64,000 nt of DNA from Methylibium sp. NZG (GTDB lineage Bacteria; Pseudomonadota; Gammaproteobacteria; Burkholderiales; Burkholderiaceae_C). The DNA lies in contig LGRD01000018.1 in assembly GCA_001263235.1 (NCBI GenBank), positions 210,917 through 274,916 on the forward strand, read 5' to 3'. How positions within the stretch are numbered: the first letter of the stretch is position 1; each line of letters opens with the position of its first letter. Position numbers and translations under genes: made by a program. The notes beneath the pieces are model-generated. The model was not told the origin of the DNA and made no database searches. It worked only from the letters and a program-made list of their open reading frames with translations. This document shows positions 62,201 through 64,000 of this stretch, one piece after another.

Positions 62201-64000
62201 CATCGCCGGCACGGTGTTCGTCGACGCCAACCGCAACGATGTGCTCGACGCGAGCGACACGCTGCGCATCCCCGGTACCACCGTCACGCTGGTGCGCGGT
62301 GCGAGCTGCGGCGCGGGCACGGTGATCCAGACGGTGCTCACCGATGCCTCGGGCAACTACCTCTTCAGCAACGTGCCCGCCGACGGTGGCTACCGCATCT
62401 GCGAGACGCAGCCCACTGGCTACGCCAACGGCGCGTCGATTGGCATCAACGGCACGACGCCAGCGTCGAACGAGATCGTCATCGCCGCGCTGCCGACCAC
62501 CGGCCTCACGGCGCAAAACTTCGGCGAGCGTGCCGGCTCGCTGGCCGGCTCCGTCTACCAAGACCAGTCGGCCCCGCCCGGCCAGACCAACAACGGCGTG
62601 CGCGATGCCGGTGAACTCGGCATCGCCAACGTGCCCGTCACGCTGACCGGCACCGACGTGCGTGGCAACGCCGTCATTGTGACCGTGCTGACCGACGCCT
62701 CGGGCAACTACCTGTTCGAGAACCTGGTCGAGCCCAACGTCAGCGGCTACACCGTGACCGAAGGCGCCATCCCGCCGGCCAGCGGCGCCTTCAACGACGG
62801 CCTGGACACGCTGGGCAACGCCGCCACCGCAGCCGGCAGCGCCGCCGTCAACGATGTGTTCGGCGGCGTGCGCATCGGCGCTGGCCAGCAATCGACCGGC
62901 TACCTGTTCGGCGAGTTGCCGATCGCGCCGATCACCGGCACCGTCTACATCGACAGCAACCGCAACAACGCGCTCGACGGCACCGACCCGCTGCGCATCC
63001 CCGGCGTCACGCTCACGCTGTACGCCGGCAGTGCGTGCAGCGGCACCGTGCTGCAGACGCAGACGACCGACGCCAGCGGCAACTACAGCTTCTCCGGCAT
63101 CAGCGTGGGCGGCACCTACTCGGTGTGCCAGACGCAGCCGGTCGCCTGGGGCAACGGCAATGCGGGTGGCACGGCGGGCTCGAACCAGATCGTCGTCACC
63201 GGCCTCACTCTGGCCGGCTCGCCGAACAACAACTTCGGCGAGCTGCCGGCCTCGGTGGCGGGCAGCGTCTTCCTCGACGCGGCCAACAACGGCAGCCGCG
63301 ACGGCGCCGACACGCCGATCGCCGGTGTGGTGATGACGCTCACCGGCACTGACGTGCTCGGCAATGCGGTGAACCGCACGGCCACGACCGACGGCGCGGG
63401 CAATTTCTTCTTCAACGATCTGCCGGCGGCCAACGCCAGCGGCTACACCGTGACCGAGCAAGCCGCACAGCCGGTGGTCGGTGCGGCGACCACGTTGAAC
63501 GGCATCACCACGCGCGGCAGCATCGCAGGCGTGCTCACCGGCAGCGCCACCGGCGTCAACACCGCGCCGAGCGCAGTCAGCGCCATCACGCTGGTGGCGG
63601 GCGCCCAGTCGATCAACAACCTGTTTGCCGAGATCGCCCCGGTGGGTATCAGCGGCCGGGTCTTCATCGACGCCAACAACAACGGCGCGATCGACCCGCC
63701 GCTGGACACCGGCATCGCGGGTGTCGTCATCGTCGTGACCGGCACCGACGACACGGGCGCGGCCGTCAGCCGCAGCCTCACCACCGACAGTGCCGGCAAC
63801 TACAGCGTGCTCGACCTGCGCCCCGGCACCTACACCGTCACCGAGCCGGCGCAGCCCCCCGGCACCAGCAACGGCCGCACGACGCCCGGCAGCGCCGGCG
63901 GCACGGCCACGCCGATCACCACCGTGCCGAGCGTCATCGGCGGCGTGGTGCTCAACGTGCCCGGCGTCGTCTCCAGCGCCAACAACTTCGGCGAGATCCC
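56253..64000 (+). CDS. Giant secreted repeat protein (putative adhesin): signal peptide, DUF11-like modules, SdrD-B/Cna-B-like repeats; 3' end beyond window
   Basis: Absent from the ORF track because it is unterminated. GAGGAG-N6-ATG at 56253, signal peptide MRSNGIIMSRSITRTWRAWVVMAMLAFGALPVSA|EI. Every landmark motif I located starts at a coordinate divisible by 3, from 56253 to 63981. The track lists no other plus-strand ORF in that frame here, so the frame is open to base 64000 (at least 2,582 codons). Confidence 0.88.
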   Translation, partial: MRSNGIIMSRSITRTWRAWVVMAMLAFGALPVSAEITASKTFLPGSWSGVGAEPAPISAPVPQGDVVWLNISVLNSATTAVTALTGTDPLPTGATVATGPSPFASTGCASSGPGNFTATPGAASFSFNGLTVPAFAAGVNGSCEIYVRVRITGPTGTGAGSVATLLNTIPIGNVSGSEGGAPVSNGSPASQSIQVTKLANLSVAKSFSPATVPMGATSVASIVITNNAAATVGLSTLTENLPASLTATTTPTVACPGGTPASATAMGGTFPNLTFPAGATLAANGTCTVSFTARAETQANNGYTAGNTVPANGVGNDRSLNNPAATGNLTVQSPLLTNKSFSPNPSRANELVTMTLSFQNRSAFALSAGSFTDNLPTAGAGVMLVRAPGGATAAGANPGGCASAAAITAASSSATVSGAALTVPANATCTYTVPVNVSNDGSYANTIASTSYTSADTNVGTTSNGPASSTLTAYDQITASKEGLNPISGASAGSVSPGNRIRYRVNISNYTLSAIGDAQVTDPLPTAGGQQVTYVSSIAPTVSGAGCTGPSSVGGSAAAPVFSGIGIPAGSAGSPATCSLEFVAQVPDAWPANTSVVNTIPPANIVYGGGASSLQGPAVVDTRPYIDRLTTAKAVSPTTIFQGDTALVTVTLFNNSYNTMTAAQFNDAPLFGGSNSVRNASPTSPVTTCGGTPAYTFTAGGASFAASGLSVPARGSCSVSWRVVGINPGGPYTNTLPAANVSGTVDNGPGPVTFNAANTATANLTVNSVLLVGKSFSPTSVGGSGGVSRVTVSLQNVGSSALTNLLAGDNLPANLLPATPLNGSTTCGGAPVITSTTTPAPRVQVSGVTLFAGTTCLLSFDVVSTNATASVNTIAAGDVTADNGVFNASPAAATLNKFASPGVNISKSFSPSTLSAVGAVSRLRVNVQNTLPGNVPLTNLGFVDTMPAGMTLSPTPNAVTDCVGGVLNAQPNASSFSLTLSALTGGQTCTVALDATLIGSGTYVNTLPSGVVTNDQGVTNADPFSSSLGTLATLGVDKNFSPPAAAPGVPSRLTIRIINTLATTFTNLSLNDPLPAGVTPASPSALSTTCSGAAVSASSTNVLMSGGTLPAGSASAPTFCEVSLLVQAASAGTFTNTIPAGGVTGVNGLGITIGNTDPATAIFRGLQPVVVSKAFQNASRTLNQPNRLTVTLTNPNAVAINNAAITDTLPPNVFVANTPNASTTCTNSTVPDAAGTLTVPVAVTATAGASSMRISGARIPAGGSCTFQADVLTNQIGTWVNTIPAAALTTYEGVSNAAPATAQFTTFDPPVLGKQFVPVQIATGGTSQLRITLGNRNAVALTLTSTLTDNLPTAPGALVLGSPAIDTGATTCTVGSVGATTGGGTVTYANGASIPAGGCVIVVNVTGSVEGSYNNVIAAGGLQTNGGPSPQPATANLSITNTLASISGRVFRDHDNNGLFGPADVAIGAHTIELLDSGGAVVATTTTDTLGNYVFLGLAPGTYSVREPAQPVGTFNGITTAGAATAGGSAGTATAVGTAPSAINTIVVAGGQSSTGNNFAEVVPSRIAGRVFLDANNSGTQQPGEAGIGGVAVTLTGTDDTGAAVNLSTTTASDGTYSFANLRPGNYTLTEGAQPAGSANGITTAGPVYTLNTTTAAPGGVPGSATAPSVGSVASPSGTSRIGNNGGATVAITLPPNAESPNNNFAEIPTNRSVSGRIFTDVNNDGLFNTGDTAIAGQTVTLTGTDASGNAVNLTTTAGSDGSYAFTGLSEANGAGYTVSYNPLVGSPALNVLGQSAPGSTGGTGAASGSVASRSTISGIQLGGLLVGSSNNNFTQRPPGSIAGRVFLDANNNGLYEPPAGGLDAALSGVQLVLTGTDYGFDGQVGGGDDVTIASGTVTTTTAADGTYTFGNLRAGSYTVTEPAQPANTANGITTAGPVNGTPAGTSGTATAAGTAPSAVATIGLTPGAVSPGNNFAEVALVSIAGTVFVDANRNDVLDASDTLRIPGTTVTLVRGASCGAGTVIQTVLTDASGNYLFSNVPADGGYRICETQPTGYANGASIGINGTTPASNEIVIAALPTTGLTAQNFGERAGSLAGSVYQDQSAPPGQTNNGVRDAGELGIANVPVTLTGTDVRGNAVIVTVLTDASGNYLFENLVEPNVSGYTVTEGAIPPASGAFNDGLDTLGNAATAAGSAAVNDVFGGVRIGAGQQSTGYLFGELPIAPITGTVYIDSNRNNALDGTDPLRIPGVTLTLYAGSACSGTVLQTQTTDASGNYSFSGISVGGTYSVCQTQPVAWGNGNAGGTAGSNQIVVTGLTLAGSPNNNFGELPASVAGSVFLDAANNGSRDGADTPIAGVVMTLTGTDVLGNAVNRTATTDGAGNFFFNDLPAANASGYTVTEQAAQPVVGAATTLNGITTRGSIAGVLTGSATGVNTAPSAVSAITLVAGAQSINNLFAEIAPVGISGRVFIDANNNGAIDPPLDTGIAGVVIVVTGTDDTGAAVSRSLTTDSAGNYSVLDLRPGTYTVTEPAQPPGTSNGRTTPGSAGGTATPITTVPSVIGGVVLNVPGVVSSANNFGEI
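56370..60587 (+). repeat. Ten tandem DUF11-like modules (about 130-165 aa each)
   Basis: The opening Lys of each K-x-F-x-P-type motif lies at 56370, 56865, 57267, 57693, 58149, 58572, 58971, 59364, 59769 and 60192. Each module has a D/N-x-LP segment and two Cys. Confidence 0.75.
60588..64000 (+). repeat. At least nine SdrD-B/Cna-B-like repeats (108-147 aa each)
   Basis: The repeats open with (I/V)(S/A/T)G(R/T/S)V(F/Y)xDxNxNG at 60588, 60951, 61392, 61776, 62202, 62541, 62931, 63255 and 63648. Each closes with NNF(A/G)E. Confidence 0.8.

Noticed and set aside
58554-63461. Antisense ORFs of 702 aa (58554..60662) and 616 aa (61611..63461), plus many 100-300-aa ones opposite the adhesin gene
   Set aside because: These are typical high-GC shadow ORFs. 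They are Arg/Ala/Gly/His-rich, lack motifs, and are fully contained within a better-supported gene on the other strand.

Overview
High-GC chromosomal window (roughly 70% GC by eye, not computed). Gene content and order look like a betaproteobacterium of the Burkholderiales; that placement is inference. Most of it is syntenic housekeeping core: pilC-pilB, tRNA-Pro, ispB, rplU-rpmA-obg-proB, rppH, proS, ubiX, grxD, prmC-prfA-hemA, miaB, a CAT-anticodon tRNA, ftsY, ffh, a PP0621-like gene followed by a pilS/pilR-like pair, ampD, nrdAB behind NrdR boxes, purC, purEK, tsaC, dacB, tsaB-rimI-udg, glmU and ttcA. I found no rRNA, CRISPR array, transposase or integrase. Both window edges carry ORFs the six-frame track cannot show because they are unterminated: pilC at 1..1178 (-) and a giant repeat surface-protein gene at 56253..64000 (+). 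That gene has at least 2,582 codons: a signal peptide, ten DUF11-like two-cysteine modules, then at least nine SdrD-B/Cna-B-like repeats. A divergent response regulator and a GAF-PAS histidine kinase sit immediately upstream. The track shows only frame-shifted and antisense shadow ORFs across that gene. Other items worth a second look: (1) a triplicated translation-initiation region forming a chain of GTGA/TGATG stop-start overlaps between a MidA-type methyltransferase gene and a DUF2905 gene (52926..53034); (2) a lower-GC islet carrying purC with atypical codons plus a coupled orphan helical-repeat gene (32454..34620); (3) a lower-GC islet carrying brnT/brnA and a McrA-like HNH endonuclease between a GGDEF-EAL gene and glmU (45462..46896). 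I did not find a convincing multi-gene system of clearly new type. The adhesin locus and the initiation-region relay are my best candidates. All family assignments rest on motifs I read in the translations; no database search was run.
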